A DNA stretch of 64,000 bases from Thermoanaerobaculia bacterium (GTDB taxonomy: Bacteria; Acidobacteriota; Thermoanaerobaculia; UBA5066). Below the pieces are notes generated by a model. That model saw nothing but the letters and a program-made list of their open reading frames with translations, searched no databases and had not been told where the DNA came from. The translations under genes and the position numbers were made by a program. Numbering within the stretch: position 1 is the first letter of the stretch; the number at the start of each line of letters is the position of its first letter. This document shows, one piece after another, positions 16,630-26,181 of the stretch. The stretch lies in NCBI GenBank assembly GCA_038319835.1, contig JBBQDQ010000003.1, forward strand, positions 5,279 to 69,278, written 5' to 3'.

Positions 16630-19247
16630 TCCGCCACCTCCTCCAACCGCTCGTCACGCGGCCCCTCGCGAAGGACCGCCTCCGCTTCGCCCTCACGGTC
16701 TCGGGCATCGCGGTGGGCGTCGCGACGATGGCGGCGATCCGGCTCGCGAACGCGTCGGTTTTGTCGTCCTTCTCGGACACGGTCGACTTCGTCGCCGGCA
16801 AGGCCTCGATCACGATCCTCGCGGACGGCCCCGGCATCCCCGAGGAGACGCTCGAGCGCCTCGCGTGGCTGCGCGGGATCGGCGCGACGCTCGCCCCGGC
16901 GATCGCGGAGACGGCGGCGGCGGGCGCCAAGGACGGAGAGATCGTCGAGGTCCTCGGCATCGATCCGCTCGCGGACGCGGGGGCGCGGGAATATTCATTT
17001 GCGAAAGAGGGAGAGAAGGAGAAGAAGAAGATCTTCTTAGAGGGTGAAGAGGGGAAGGAACGCGCGGGCGGACTCTTCTCCATATTCGAAGAAGAATCCC
17101 TTCTGGTCACCGAGGCGTTCGCCGCCCGACATGGCCTCTCGGCCGGCTCGCCGCTCACCCTCGTCACGAACTCCGTCGAGCGGACGTTCCGCGTCGCCGC
17201 CGTGCTGCGCCCGGCGGGCGCCGCGCGGGCGGCGTCCGGGTCGATCGTCTTCATGGACTTCGCGACCGCGCAGGAGGCGTTCGGGAAGGTCGGGCGCCTC
17301 GACCGCATCGACATCGTCCTTCCCGCGTCGCTCGGCGACGCCGAGCGCGCGCGCGTCCTCGAGGAGGTTTCGGCCTCGCTCCCGCCGGGCGTGACGGCCG
17401 GACGGCCCGAACGGCGCACGGAGACGGTCGAACGGCTCGTCCGCGCCTTTCGGGTGAACCTCGCGGCGCTCGGCGCGATCTCGCTCCTCGTCGGGATGTA
17501 CTTCGTCTACAACACGCTCTCGATCTCGGTCCTGCGCCGCCGCGCGGACATCGGCGTCGTGCGCGCCCTCGGCGCGTCGAAGCGGTCCGTCTTCGCCGTG
17601 TTCCTCTCGGAGGGCCTCGCGCTCGGCGTCCTCGGCAGCCTCCTCGGCCTGCTCCTCGGCGCGGCGCTCGCGGCCGTCGCACTCAGGGTCGTCGGCGGCA
17701 CCGCGACGGAGCTCTACGTCCCGTCCGCGCACCCGACGCTCCGCCTCGATCCTCTCGTCCTCGCCTTCGCGTTCGTCCTCGGCGTCGCGACCTCCGTCCT
17801 CTCGGCGCTCGCACCCGCCCTCGAAGCCGCGGGCGTCGAGCCCGCCGCGACGATGCGCCACGGCTCGGTGGAGGCCTCGCGGCGGCGGCGCACCCGACCG
17901 CTCGCGTTCGCGGGCGCGGCCCTCCTCGTCCTCGCGTGGGCCGCCACGCGCCCCGGCCCCGTGCGCGGTCTCCCCCTCTTCGGGTTCCTCTCCGTCTTCC
18001 TGATCGTCGCGGGCGTCTCGCTCCTCTCGCCCGCCGCCGTCATGTTTGCCGCCGGACGCCTGGACGGCCTCGCCCTTCGCCTCTTCGGCGTCGAGGCGCG
18101 GCTCGCGCGCGCGAACCTCACGGGCAGCCTCTCGCGCACGTCCGTCGCCGTCGCGGCGCTCACGATGGGCCTCTCGATGATGGTCGCGGTCGCGGTGATG
18201 GTCGGGTCGTTCCGCACGACCGTCGCGACGTGGGTCGGCGAGACGCTCGCGGGCGACGTCTTCGTCGGCCCGGCGAGCGGGCGTTCGGGACCGTCGCTCG
18301 GGCGCATCCCCGAGGAGGCGATCGACGCGATCCGCGCCGTTCCCGGCGTCGCGGACCTCGACGCGTTCCTCGCCTTCTCCGCGACGCGCGACGGGGTGCC
18401 TTACACCGTGGGCTCGGGGCTCTTCGCGTACATCGCGCGGCACGGGAATCTCCCGCTCGTCGACGGCCGCGACCCGAAGCGTGTCTTCGCCGGAGCGCTC
18501 GAGAGGGGCGAGGCGATGATCTCCGAGCCCTACGCGGAGAAGTTCCGCGTGTCGACGGGTGACACCGTCGAGCTCCCCGGACCAGAGGGGCCCGTGCGCG
18601 TCCGCATCGCGGGCGTCTACACGGACTACTCGAACGACCGCGGGACCGTGACGCTCGACCGCGCGCACTTCCGGCGGATCTGGCCGCTCTCCGGCGCGAC
18701 CACGATGAGCGTCGTCCTCGAGCCCGGCATCTCCCCGGAGGAGGGGGCGCGCAGGATCGAGACCGCGCTCGCCGGCCGGTTCGCACTGCGCGTGCGGACG
18801 AACGCCACGCTTCGAAAGCTCGTCCTCCAGATCTTCGACCGCACGTTCGCGGTGACGTACGCGCTCGAGGCCGTCGCGATCGCGGTCGCCGTCCTCGGCG
18901 TCTTCAACACGCTGACGGCGCTCGTCCTCGAGAGGCGGAGGGAGATCGGCCTCCTGCGCGTCCTCGGGGCCTCGGCTGCTCGCGTGAAGCGCGCCGTGCG
19001 GTACGAGGCGGCCGCGATCGGCGGCCTCGGGATCGCGCTCGGCCTCGCCTCCGGGGCCGCGATGGCGCTCGTCCTCGTCCACGTCATCAACCGCCAGAGC
19101 TTCGGCTGGACGATCGCGATGCATTGGCCCTGGGCCTTCCTCGCTGGCGCGCTCGCCCTCGTCTTCGCGACGACGCTCCTCGCCGCCGCTCGCCCCGCCG
19201 GCCTCGCGGCCGCGACCGACGCCGCGGCCGCTCTGAAAGAAGAGTGA
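16626..19247 (+). CDS. FtsX-family ABC permease with two FtsX modules (AttF/G-like fused)
   Basis: 873 aa. Two 4-TM FtsX-type modules, each after a large extracytoplasmic domain. Contains a low-GC Lys/Glu-rich insert at about 16990-17100. Confidence 0.85.
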   Translation: MIRHLLQPLVTRPLAKDRLRFALTVSGIAVGVATMAAIRLANASVLSSFSDTVDFVAGKASITILADGPGIPEETLERLAWLRGIGATLAPAIAETAAAGAKDGEIVEVLGIDPLADAGAREYSFAKEGEKEKKKIFLEGEEGKERAGGLFSIFEEESLLVTEAFAARHGLSAGSPLTLVTNSVERTFRVAAVLRPAGAARAASGSIVFMDFATAQEAFGKVGRLDRIDIVLPASLGDAERARVLEEVSASLPPGVTAGRPERRTETVERLVRAFRVNLAALGAISLLVGMYFVYNTLSISVLRRRADIGVVRALGASKRSVFAVFLSEGLALGVLGSLLGLLLGAALAAVALRVVGGTATELYVPSAHPTLRLDPLVLAFAFVLGVATSVLSALAPALEAAGVEPAATMRHGSVEASRRRRTRPLAFAGAALLVLAWAATRPGPVRGLPLFGFLSVFLIVAGVSLLSPAAVMFAAGRLDGLALRLFGVEARLARANLTGSLSRTSVAVAALTMGLSMMVAVAVMVGSFRTTVATWVGETLAGDVFVGPASGRSGPSLGRIPEEAIDAIRAVPGVADLDAFLAFSATRDGVPYTVGSGLFAYIARHGNLPLVDGRDPKRVFAGALERGEAMISEPYAEKFRVSTGDTVELPGPEGPVRVRIAGVYTDYSNDRGTVTLDRAHFRRIWPLSGATTMSVVLEPGISPEEGARRIETALAGRFALRVRTNATLRKLVLQIFDRTFAVTYALEAVAIAVAVLGVFNTLTALVLERRREIGLLRVLGASAARVKRAVRYEAAAIGGLGIALGLASGAAMALVLVHVINRQSFGWTIAMHWPWAFLAGALALVFATTLLAAARPAGLAAATDAAAALKEE

Positions 19248-20314
19248 TGAAGAACCTCGCGCTCGCGCTCCTTCTCCTCGCCATGCGCTTCAAGCCTCTC
19301 GATCCGAGCCAGACGATCTCCTTCCCCAGCGACCACGGCGCGCACGAGGACTCGCGCGTCGAATGGTGGTACGTGACGGGCCAGCTCGAGACGGCCTCGG
19401 GGAAGCGGATCGGGTACCAGCTCACGTTCTTCCGCACCGGAATCACGGACGACGCCGCGATGCGCGCCTCGTCCTTCGCGGCGAAGGACCTCCATCTCGC
19501 TCACTTCGCACGGACGGACGTGGCGAAGGGAACCTTCCGCTTCTCCGAGCGGCTGCACCGCGACGGCCCCGGCGCGGCGTACGCGCGCACGGGCCGCCTC
19601 TCGGTCGCCAACGAGGACTGGCGGCTCGAGGAGGCCGGCGGGAAGCTCGTCCTCTTCGCGCGGGACGGAGGCGACGAGCTGTCCCTCGTCCTCACTCCCG
19701 CGAAGCCGCCCGTCCTCCACGGACCGAACGGAATGTCCCGCAAGGGCCCCGAGCCCGAGGCCGTCAGCCGGTACGTGAGCCTCACGCGCCTCGAGAGCGC
19801 CGGCTGGTGGACGACCGGCGGAACGACCGAGGCCGTGACGGGCCTCTCGTGGTTCGACCACGAGTGGGGCTCGGGCTCGATCGGGAAGGCGACGCAGGGC
19901 TGGGACTGGTTCGCGCTGCACCTTCTCGACGGGCGCGACCTCATGCTCTACCGCCTGCGCGGCGCGGCCGGGAACGGCACGCCGTTCTCGTCGGGCACGC
20001 TCGTCGAGCAGGACGGGAAGGCCGTCCCGCTCGCGGCGGCGGACTTCACGATCGAGGAGACGGAGCGCTGGAAGAGCCCGCGGAGCGGCGCTGTGTATCC
20101 CGCACGCTGGACGCTCCGCGTGCCGAAGGCCGGGCTCGCCCTCGACGTCGTGCCTCTCGCCGCGGACCAGGAGCTCGCCACCGGGAGATCGACCCGGGTG
20201 ACGTACTGGGAAGGCGCGTGCGACGTGAAGACCGTCGCGGGCGCCCCTGCCGGGCGCGCGTACGTCGAAATGACCGGCTACGCAGGCGCCGGAGGGCTCG
20301 GCCTTTTCCGCTAG
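19247..20314 (+). CDS. AttH/CrtC-like lipocalin-fold secreted protein
   Basis: ATG 19247 overlaps the permease stop (TGATG). It has a signal peptide and the FPSDHGAHEDSRVEWWYVTGQL motif typical of AttH-like partners of AttEFG ABC systems. Confidence 0.75.
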   Translation: MKNLALALLLLAMRFKPLDPSQTISFPSDHGAHEDSRVEWWYVTGQLETASGKRIGYQLTFFRTGITDDAAMRASSFAAKDLHLAHFARTDVAKGTFRFSERLHRDGPGAAYARTGRLSVANEDWRLEEAGGKLVLFARDGGDELSLVLTPAKPPVLHGPNGMSRKGPEPEAVSRYVSLTRLESAGWWTTGGTTEAVTGLSWFDHEWGSGSIGKATQGWDWFALHLLDGRDLMLYRLRGAAGNGTPFSSGTLVEQDGKAVPLAAADFTIEETERWKSPRSGAVYPARWTLRVPKAGLALDVVPLAADQELATGRSTRVTYWEGACDVKTVAGAPAGRAYVEMTGYAGAGGLGLFR

Positions 20315-20351
20315 AATCCGGCCCCTTCACCAAAAAGGAAAAGAGAACAAC

Positions 20352-20708
20352 ATGATCAAAGGTTTCAAGGACTTCATTTCGCGCGGCAACGTCATCGACC
20401 TCGCGGTCGGCGTCATCATCGGCGCGGCGTTCGGCGCCGTGGTCGACTCCCTTGTCAAGGACCTCATCACGCCCCTCATCGGAATGATCGTGGGCCAGCC
20501 GGACTTCTCCGCGATCAAGATCGGCTCGATCGCGATCGGAAGCTTCCTGAATGCCGTCGTGGCGTTCCTTCTCAAAGCCGCCGGTCTCTACTTCTTCATC
20601 GTCGTTCCGTTCAACAAGTTCAGCCCGAAGCCCGCTCCCGCGCCCGCGGGCCCGACCCCGCAGGAGACGCTCCTCAAGGAGATCCGCGACCTCCTCGCGA
20701 AGCGCTGA
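20352..20708 (+). CDS. mscL: Large-conductance mechanosensitive channel
   Basis: 118 aa. N-terminus MIKGFKDFISRGNVIDLAVGVIIGAAFGAVVDSLVKDLITPLIG is diagnostic of MscL. Confidence 0.95.
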   Translation: MIKGFKDFISRGNVIDLAVGVIIGAAFGAVVDSLVKDLITPLIGMIVGQPDFSAIKIGSIAIGSFLNAVVAFLLKAAGLYFFIVVPFNKFSPKPAPAPAGPTPQETLLKEIRDLLAKR

Positions 20709-20769
20709 TCCGTCCAATCGTTCCGGCGCCCCGATCTTCTGGTTAAATACACGCCCTGAGGGAGGATCC

Positions 20770-21108
20770 ATGAAGAAGACGACCGTTTCCGTTCTCGCCA
20801 CTCTCCTGACGCTCGGCGTCGGCACGAGCCTGCTCGCCACGATGGACATCCAGAAGGCGTTCAAGGCGAAGTACCCGGAAGCCAAGACCCTGAACACGAA
20901 GTGCTCCACGTGCCACACGATGTCGCTGCCCAAGAAGGACGGCGAGCACACGAACAACGCCTACGGCGCCGACCTCAAGGCCACGAAGAGCAAGGACGGC
21001 AAGTACGACTTCGCCGCGATCGAGAAGAAGGACTCGAACGGCGACGGCGTCTCGAACATCGACCAGATCAACAAGGGGACGAATCCCGGCGAGAAGGCTT
21101 CGAAGTAG
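20770..21108 (+). CDS. Small secreted CXXCH (putative monoheme c-type) protein with an EF-hand/dockerin-like DxNxDG motif
   Basis: ATG 20770 follows GGGAGG. It has a signal peptide, a single CSTCH motif and DSNGDGVSNID near the C-terminus. GC is lower than in the flanks. Confidence 0.55.
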   Translation: MKKTTVSVLATLLTLGVGTSLLATMDIQKAFKAKYPEAKTLNTKCSTCHTMSLPKKDGEHTNNAYGADLKATKSKDGKYDFAAIEKKDSNGDGVSNIDQINKGTNPGEKASK

Positions 21109-21129
21109 GCTCATCTTCCAGACGGATGC

Positions 21130-21165
21130 GCGCCCGGGGCCTCGCGGCTCCGGGCGCTTTCGTTT
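21130..21165 (+). terminator. Hairpin terminator between convergent genes
   Basis: GCGCCCGG (21130-21137) pairs with CCGGGCGC (21150-21157) and is followed by TTTCGTTT. Confidence 0.5.
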
Positions 21166-21171
21166 CCGGCG

Positions 21172-22773
21172 TCAGCGGTCGCCGGCCGCGTTCGACAGGT
21201 GGCTGTGGCGCACGCTGTAGAAGAAGTAGCAGACGAGCCCGATCACGAGCCAGATCACGAACCGCTCCCACGTCGTGCGTGGGAGGCCCAGCGCGAGCCA
21301 CAGGCAGAACAGGATTCCCGCCGGCGCGCTGAACCACACGAGGGGCGTCTTGAACTTGCGCGGCGCGTCCGGGCGCTTCACGCGGAGGATGAGGACGCCG
21401 GCGCTCACGAGGATGAAGGCGAAGAGCGTCCCGATATTCGTGAGCTCGACGACCTCGTCGATGTTCATGAGTCCCGCCGGGAGGAGCACGAGGATTCCCG
21501 TGACCCACGTCGCGTTGACCGGCGTGCCCCGTGGGCCGACCTTCTCGAACCAGCGCGGGAGCAGGCCGTCGCGCGCCATGACCATGAAGATACGCGGCTG
21601 CGCGAGCTGGAAGACGAGGAGCGCGCCTGACAGGGCCGCGACGGCGCCGATCGAGACGATCCCCGCCACCTTGTTCATCCCGATCGAGGAGAACGCGTGC
21701 GCGATCGGATCCGCGACGCCGTGGTACGCCGTGTACGGCAGCATCCCGGAGACGACCGTGCAGACCCCGACGTAGATCACGGTGCAGATCGCGAGGCTCC
21801 CGAGGATACCGCGCGGGAGATCTCGTCCCGGATTGCGCGTCTCCTCCGCTGTCGTCGAGACCGCGTCGAAGCCGATGAACGCGAAGAAGATGATCGCGGC
21901 GCCGGCCTGAATCCCCTTGAGGCCGTTCGGCGCGAAGGGGTGGTAGTTCGCCGGCTTCACGTAGAAGGCGCCGATCGCGATCACCCCGAGGAGGAGGACG
22001 ATCTTCACGACGACGATCACGTTGTTGAAGCGCGTCGATTCCTTGATCCCCCACGCGCAGAGCGCGGTGATGAGGATCGTGATGAGCATCGCGAGGATGT
22101 TCATCCCGACCGGGAAACCGCCGACGAGCGGCGCGCCCTGGAGCGTAGGCCAGTTCGCGAAGGCGTCCGCGCCGGCGAGCGCTCCCGCCTTCGCCTGCGC
22201 GAGGTACCCGAGGCGCGCGGAGATGCTGGCCGCATCCGGGTGCGCCTTCAGGAAGTCGGCCGTGACCTGCAGCATCGTCCGGCTGTCCATCGCGAGCCAG
22301 CCCGGCAGGTTGATCCCCATCCCGACGAGGAGATTGTTCGCGTAGCTCCCCCACGAGATCGCGATCGCGACGTTCGAGATCGCGTACTCGAGGAGCAGGT
22401 CCCACCCGATGATCCACGCCATCAGCTCGCCGAGCGTCGCGTACGCGTAGGTGTAGGCCGAGCCCGAGACCGGGATCATCGAGGCCATCTCGGCGTAACA
22501 GAACCCGGTGAACCCGCACGCGACGGCCGTGAGGAGGAAGCTCACGACGAGCGCCGGCCCGGCCGCGGGGCGCGTGACGCCGTACGAGGAGTCGAACCCG
22601 CCCGCGAGGCCCGTCCCGAGGCTCGAGAGGATGCCGGCGCCGATGATCGCGCCGACGCCGAGGAGCGTGAGGTCCCAGGCCGTGAGCGCGCGCTTGAGTT
22701 GCCCGTGGCCAGGCTCGTCCACGCTCGCCTTGAGCTGCTCGATGGTCTTCGTCCGGAACAGCTGTTTCCGCAA
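21172..22773 (-). CDS. APC-superfamily amino acid permease (cationic amino acid transporter-like)
   Basis: 533 aa with about 12-14 TM helices. N-terminal LKRALTAWDLTLLGVGAIIGAGI signature. Confidence 0.9.
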   Translation of the reverse strand: MRKQLFRTKTIEQLKASVDEPGHGQLKRALTAWDLTLLGVGAIIGAGILSSLGTGLAGGFDSSYGVTRPAAGPALVVSFLLTAVACGFTGFCYAEMASMIPVSGSAYTYAYATLGELMAWIIGWDLLLEYAISNVAIAISWGSYANNLLVGMGINLPGWLAMDSRTMLQVTADFLKAHPDAASISARLGYLAQAKAGALAGADAFANWPTLQGAPLVGGFPVGMNILAMLITILITALCAWGIKESTRFNNVIVVVKIVLLLGVIAIGAFYVKPANYHPFAPNGLKGIQAGAAIIFFAFIGFDAVSTTAEETRNPGRDLPRGILGSLAICTVIYVGVCTVVSGMLPYTAYHGVADPIAHAFSSIGMNKVAGIVSIGAVAALSGALLVFQLAQPRIFMVMARDGLLPRWFEKVGPRGTPVNATWVTGILVLLPAGLMNIDEVVELTNIGTLFAFILVSAGVLILRVKRPDAPRKFKTPLVWFSAPAGILFCLWLALGLPRTTWERFVIWLVIGLVCYFFYSVRHSHLSNAAGDR

Positions 22774-22810
22774 GAGGCCTCCCCTTCCTTCGCGACGCGG
22801 TCGCAGGAGT

Positions 22811-23521
22811 CTACCGGGCGAGCACGCGGCGCGGGACCTCGTCGAGAGAGGAGATCGCCTCGACGCCCTCGCGGGCCCGGCCGCGCCGGTCGAGGAGCAG
22901 CGCCGGAATTCCCGCGTCCCGCGCCCCGTGGTAGTCGTCGACGAGCGAATCGCCCACGTGAAGGGCCTCGCCGTGCGCGACGCCGGCGCGGCGGACGGCC
23001 TCGTCGAAGATCCCGCGCGCGGGCTTGCTCACGCCCACGAGCGCCGAGACGACGACCTCGTCCACCGCGGAGGCGAGGCCGAGACGTTCGAGAAGGGGCG
23101 GGAGCGTCGAATCCCAGTTCGAGACGACGACGAGCCGGAGGCCGCCCGCGCGCAGGGCTGCGAGGACGGCCCTCGTTTCGGGATAGACGGCCCAGTGCCG
23201 CTCCGCGCCGAAGTGCGCGACGAGCTCGCCGAGAAGTTCCTCGGGCATCGCGCCTCCGCCGGCGCGCGCGTACACCGTCCCGACGAAGCGGCGCCAGAAC
23301 CCGGCCTCCCCGCCCACGCCGCCCCAGCGCTCCTCGCCGCGCTCGCGCGCGAGATCCACGTCCCGCCACGTGGCATGCACCGCCGCGTGGACGGCCTCGT
23401 CCGAGGCGGGCACCCCGTGTCGCTCGAACGCCTCGCGATAGACGCGCTCGACGGGCGGATCGGCCCGCAGGAGCGTGTCGCCCGCGTCGAAGAACACCGC
23501 CCGGACGTTCTTCAGGACCAC
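22811..23521 (-). CDS. HAD-IA family hydrolase
   Basis: 236 aa. Motif I is FFDAGDTLL. Also has VVSNWD and a C-terminal GDSLVDDYHGA motif. Confidence 0.8.
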   Translation of the reverse strand: MVLKNVRAVFFDAGDTLLRADPPVERVYREAFERHGVPASDEAVHAAVHATWRDVDLARERGEERWGGVGGEAGFWRRFVGTVYARAGGGAMPEELLGELVAHFGAERHWAVYPETRAVLAALRAGGLRLVVVSNWDSTLPPLLERLGLASAVDEVVVSALVGVSKPARGIFDEAVRRAGVAHGEALHVGDSLVDDYHGARDAGIPALLLDRRGRAREGVEAISSLDEVPRRVLAR

Positions 23522-23546
23522 GGGCAGGCCGCGCGTCTTCCGCGCG

Positions 23547-24332
23547 TCAGGGCATCACCTGGCCGCCGTCGATCACGATGGCCTGGCCTGTGACGTTCCG
23601 CGCGTCGTCCGAGGCGAGGTACGCGACGAGGCCGCCGATCTCATCCGGCATGAGGACTTCGCCGAGCGGCGCCATCTTCCCCACGTACGCGAACGCCTCG
23701 TCGAAGCTCTTCCCCATCCCCTTCGCCATCCGGGCGATCCCCGAGCGGCCCATTTCCGTGTCCACCCAGCCCGGGCAGATCGCGTTCACCGTGATCTTCC
23801 GCGGCGCGAGCTCGAGGGCGAGCGAACGCGTCAGCCCGATGATCCCGTGCTTGGACGTCGAATAGGCCGCCATCCCCGCGACGCCGAAGCGCCCGGTGAC
23901 GGACGAGAGATTCACGACCCGCCCACCGCGCGCGAGGAACGGCGACGCGGCCCTGAGCACGCGCCATGTGCCCGTGAGGTTCACCTCGAGGATCTCGTGC
24001 CAGCGTTCGTCCGAGCGCGCGTCGCCGTCCAGGGGCGACGGGCCGCCCACCCCGGCGTTGTTCACGAGGACGTCGATCCGGCGGTCGGGCCGCGCGGCGC
24101 GCTCGACGCCCGTCGCGACGGACGCCGCGTCCGTCACGTCGAGGACGACCGCGTGCGCCTCCCCTCCGGCCTTAACGATCTCGGCCGCGACAGCCTCCGC
24201 CTCGGCTTCCTTCCGCGCGCCGACCGCGACGCGCGCGCCCTCGGCCGCGAGCCTGAGCGCGATCGCCCTTCCGATCCCCTTGTTCGCACCCGTCACGAGC
24301 GCGTTCTTTCCCGCGAGCCGTCCCTTGGACAT
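23547..24332 (-). CDS. Short-chain dehydrogenase/reductase (SDR)
   Basis: ATG 24332. Cofactor motif TGANKGIGRAIA, NNAG, and the catalytic YSTSK. Confidence 0.9.
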   Translation of the reverse strand: MSKGRLAGKNALVTGANKGIGRAIALRLAAEGARVAVGARKEAEAEAVAAEIVKAGGEAHAVVLDVTDAASVATGVERAARPDRRIDVLVNNAGVGGPSPLDGDARSDERWHEILEVNLTGTWRVLRAASPFLARGGRVVNLSSVTGRFGVAGMAAYSTSKHGIIGLTRSLALELAPRKITVNAICPGWVDTEMGRSGIARMAKGMGKSFDEAFAYVGKMAPLGEVLMPDEIGGLVAYLASDDARNVTGQAIVIDGGQVMP

Positions 24333-24394
24333 CGAGTCCTCCGAAGCGGCGATTCTAGGCGCGGCCCGGAGCGCAGGCGGTCTAAGATTCGGCC

Positions 24395-24931
24395 GTGATC
24401 CTCGGCGCATTCCTCGCGGTGTCCGTGATGGCCGGCCAGTCCGCGGCGCCTGTCCCGACCGCGGTCTCTCCGACGGAGCCGCCGGAGCCCGAGATCGTCA
24501 CCCTGGCCACGACGCCCACGCCGGCGCCGTCGATCTCGAAGCCGCTCGCCGCCGCGCCCCCCGTCAAGGCCGCGCCCGTCCCGACACCCATCGCGGCGCC
24601 CATGGCGTCGCCCGTCGCCGCGCCCGCCGCGAGCACCGGCCGGATTCCGGTCCTGCGCACGCCCGACCGGGCCGGGAAGGCCCCTGTTTACGCGATTCAC
24701 TTTTCGTCCTTCCAGAAGCGCGAGAACTCCGCACGCGACGCCGCCGCGCTCGCGAAGCGGCTGAAGCTGCCGGCGTACGCCGTGCGGGTCGAGCTCGGAG
24801 CCAAGGGCACGTGGTACCGGACGATGGTCGGCGAGTTCGCGACGGCCGAGGACGCCCGGCGAGTGCTCGAAGCCCTGCCCCAGGACCTCGCGCGCGAGGC
24901 CGGCGGCCTCTACCGTCTGCAGGCGCCGTGA
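24395..24931 (+). CDS. SPOR-domain (peptidoglycan-binding) protein with Pro/Ala-rich linker
   Basis: GTG start, N-terminal hydrophobic segment and P/A-rich spacer. The C-terminus is SPOR-like (VYAIHFSSFQKRENSARDAAALAKRL...WYRTMVGEFATAEDA). Confidence 0.65.
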   Translation: MILGAFLAVSVMAGQSAAPVPTAVSPTEPPEPEIVTLATTPTPAPSISKPLAAAPPVKAAPVPTPIAAPMASPVAAPAASTGRIPVLRTPDRAGKAPVYAIHFSSFQKRENSARDAAALAKRLKLPAYAVRVELGAKGTWYRTMVGEFATAEDARRVLEALPQDLAREAGGLYRLQAP

Positions 24932-25170
24932 GAGTCGAGGTCCTTCTCTTCGCGTCGCTGAAAGACGAGGTCGGTCCATCGGTCGCCGTCGAGGTGAGCG
25001 AACCCGCGACCGTCGCGAGCGTGCGCGCCGCCCTCGCGGCCGCCCACCCCGCGGTCGCGCGATTCGGAGACCGCGCGAAGGCCGCCGTCAACGAGACATG
25101 GGCGCGCGAGACCGACGCCGTGAAGCCGGGCGACACGGTCGCGCTCCTGCCGCCCGTCGCGGGCGGCTGA
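24928..25170 (+). CDS. moaD: Molybdopterin synthase sulfur-carrier subunit
   Basis: 80 aa from GTG 24928 (GTGA overlap with the SPOR gene). ThiS/MoaD-like and ends ...LLPPVAGG. Confidence 0.8.
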   Translation: MRVEVLLFASLKDEVGPSVAVEVSEPATVASVRAALAAAHPAVARFGDRAKAAVNETWARETDAVKPGDTVALLPPVAGG

Positions 25171-25180
25171 GCGCCGGCGA

Positions 25181-26167
25181 CTAGCCCCGGACGACCGCCT
25201 GCATCTCGGCCAGCCGCGCCCGGCAGAACGCGGCGTCCGACGGCACAACCTGAAGCGCGCGGTTGATCGCAGCGGCCGCATCGTGACTCCGGCCTTCGGC
25301 CCACGCGATCGCAGCCTGCGCCCGCAGGTGCTCCCAGGCGTCCACCCAAGGCGAGGATTCGGGAATCGAAGCCATGAGCCGCACCGCATCGGCGGTGCGG
25401 CCGCCGTGCCACGCCTCCCACCATGCGATTTCGCTTTCGATCGACGCGCGCAGGCTCCTCGGCAGCCGAGGCGTCATTTCCGCGGCCCGGTGCAGGTAGG
25501 GGCCCGCCTCGGAAACGTCACCCCGGTCGAGGGCGTGGGCATACGCAAGAAGACAGGCATCCAGGTCGAACAGGGAACCGTCCGCAGGCTCGAGCGCACC
25601 GGCGACCGTCGCGGGATTCCAGTCGCGGGGGCGCTCGCCGCGACTCTGGCGCGCCCCGAGTTCGAGCACGCTCCTCTGGCGGTCCGTGCGCGGCCCGCCC
25701 CGCAGGAGCCGCAAGAGGGCGGAACCGTCCGTTCGGAACGCTCCGTTCTCCATCGGAATCGCGTTTCCGAGGAACAGGAGGCCGGACAGGAGACGCAGCC
25801 ACGAGAGGCTGATACGTCCGGCGGACGGGAGACCTCCGCCCGCTGCCGACAGAGCCAGATGCGCGGCCAGGGCCAGCCCGAGGCTCGCCGCGGGACCTCC
25901 GCTCACGACGAGTGACATCCGCCGGATGAGGGCGCGCGTGTCGTTCGGCGTCGTCGCGCCGATCCCTCCCCAGAGCCTCAGGTCGCGGTTCCAACCCGCG
26001 CGGAGGCGCCCCGCGCCGTCCCGGAGGAGAAACACCGGACCGACGACCCAGAGGCGGAAGCGAAAACCCGCGGCGAGCCCCGCGAGCACGTGTCCGGCTT
26101 CGTGAACGGCGAGCGCGACGAAGAATGCGCCGAGCCCGAAGAGTCCCGACAGGAGGATCCGCGACAT
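25181..26167 (-). CDS. M50-family (site-2-protease-like) membrane metalloprotease with C-terminal helical-repeat domain
   Basis: 328 aa from ATG 26167. HEAGH lies within a TM helix, followed by an NAIPMENGAFRTDG (NxxPxxxxDG-like) motif. Confidence 0.6.
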   Translation of the reverse strand: MSRILLSGLFGLGAFFVALAVHEAGHVLAGLAAGFRFRLWVVGPVFLLRDGAGRLRAGWNRDLRLWGGIGATTPNDTRALIRRMSLVVSGGPAASLGLALAAHLALSAAGGGLPSAGRISLSWLRLLSGLLFLGNAIPMENGAFRTDGSALLRLLRGGPRTDRQRSVLELGARQSRGERPRDWNPATVAGALEPADGSLFDLDACLLAYAHALDRGDVSEAGPYLHRAAEMTPRLPRSLRASIESEIAWWEAWHGGRTADAVRLMASIPESSPWVDAWEHLRAQAAIAWAEGRSHDAAAAINRALQVVPSDAAFCRARLAEMQAVVRG

Positions 26168-26181
26168 CGGCGCCGCGATCC

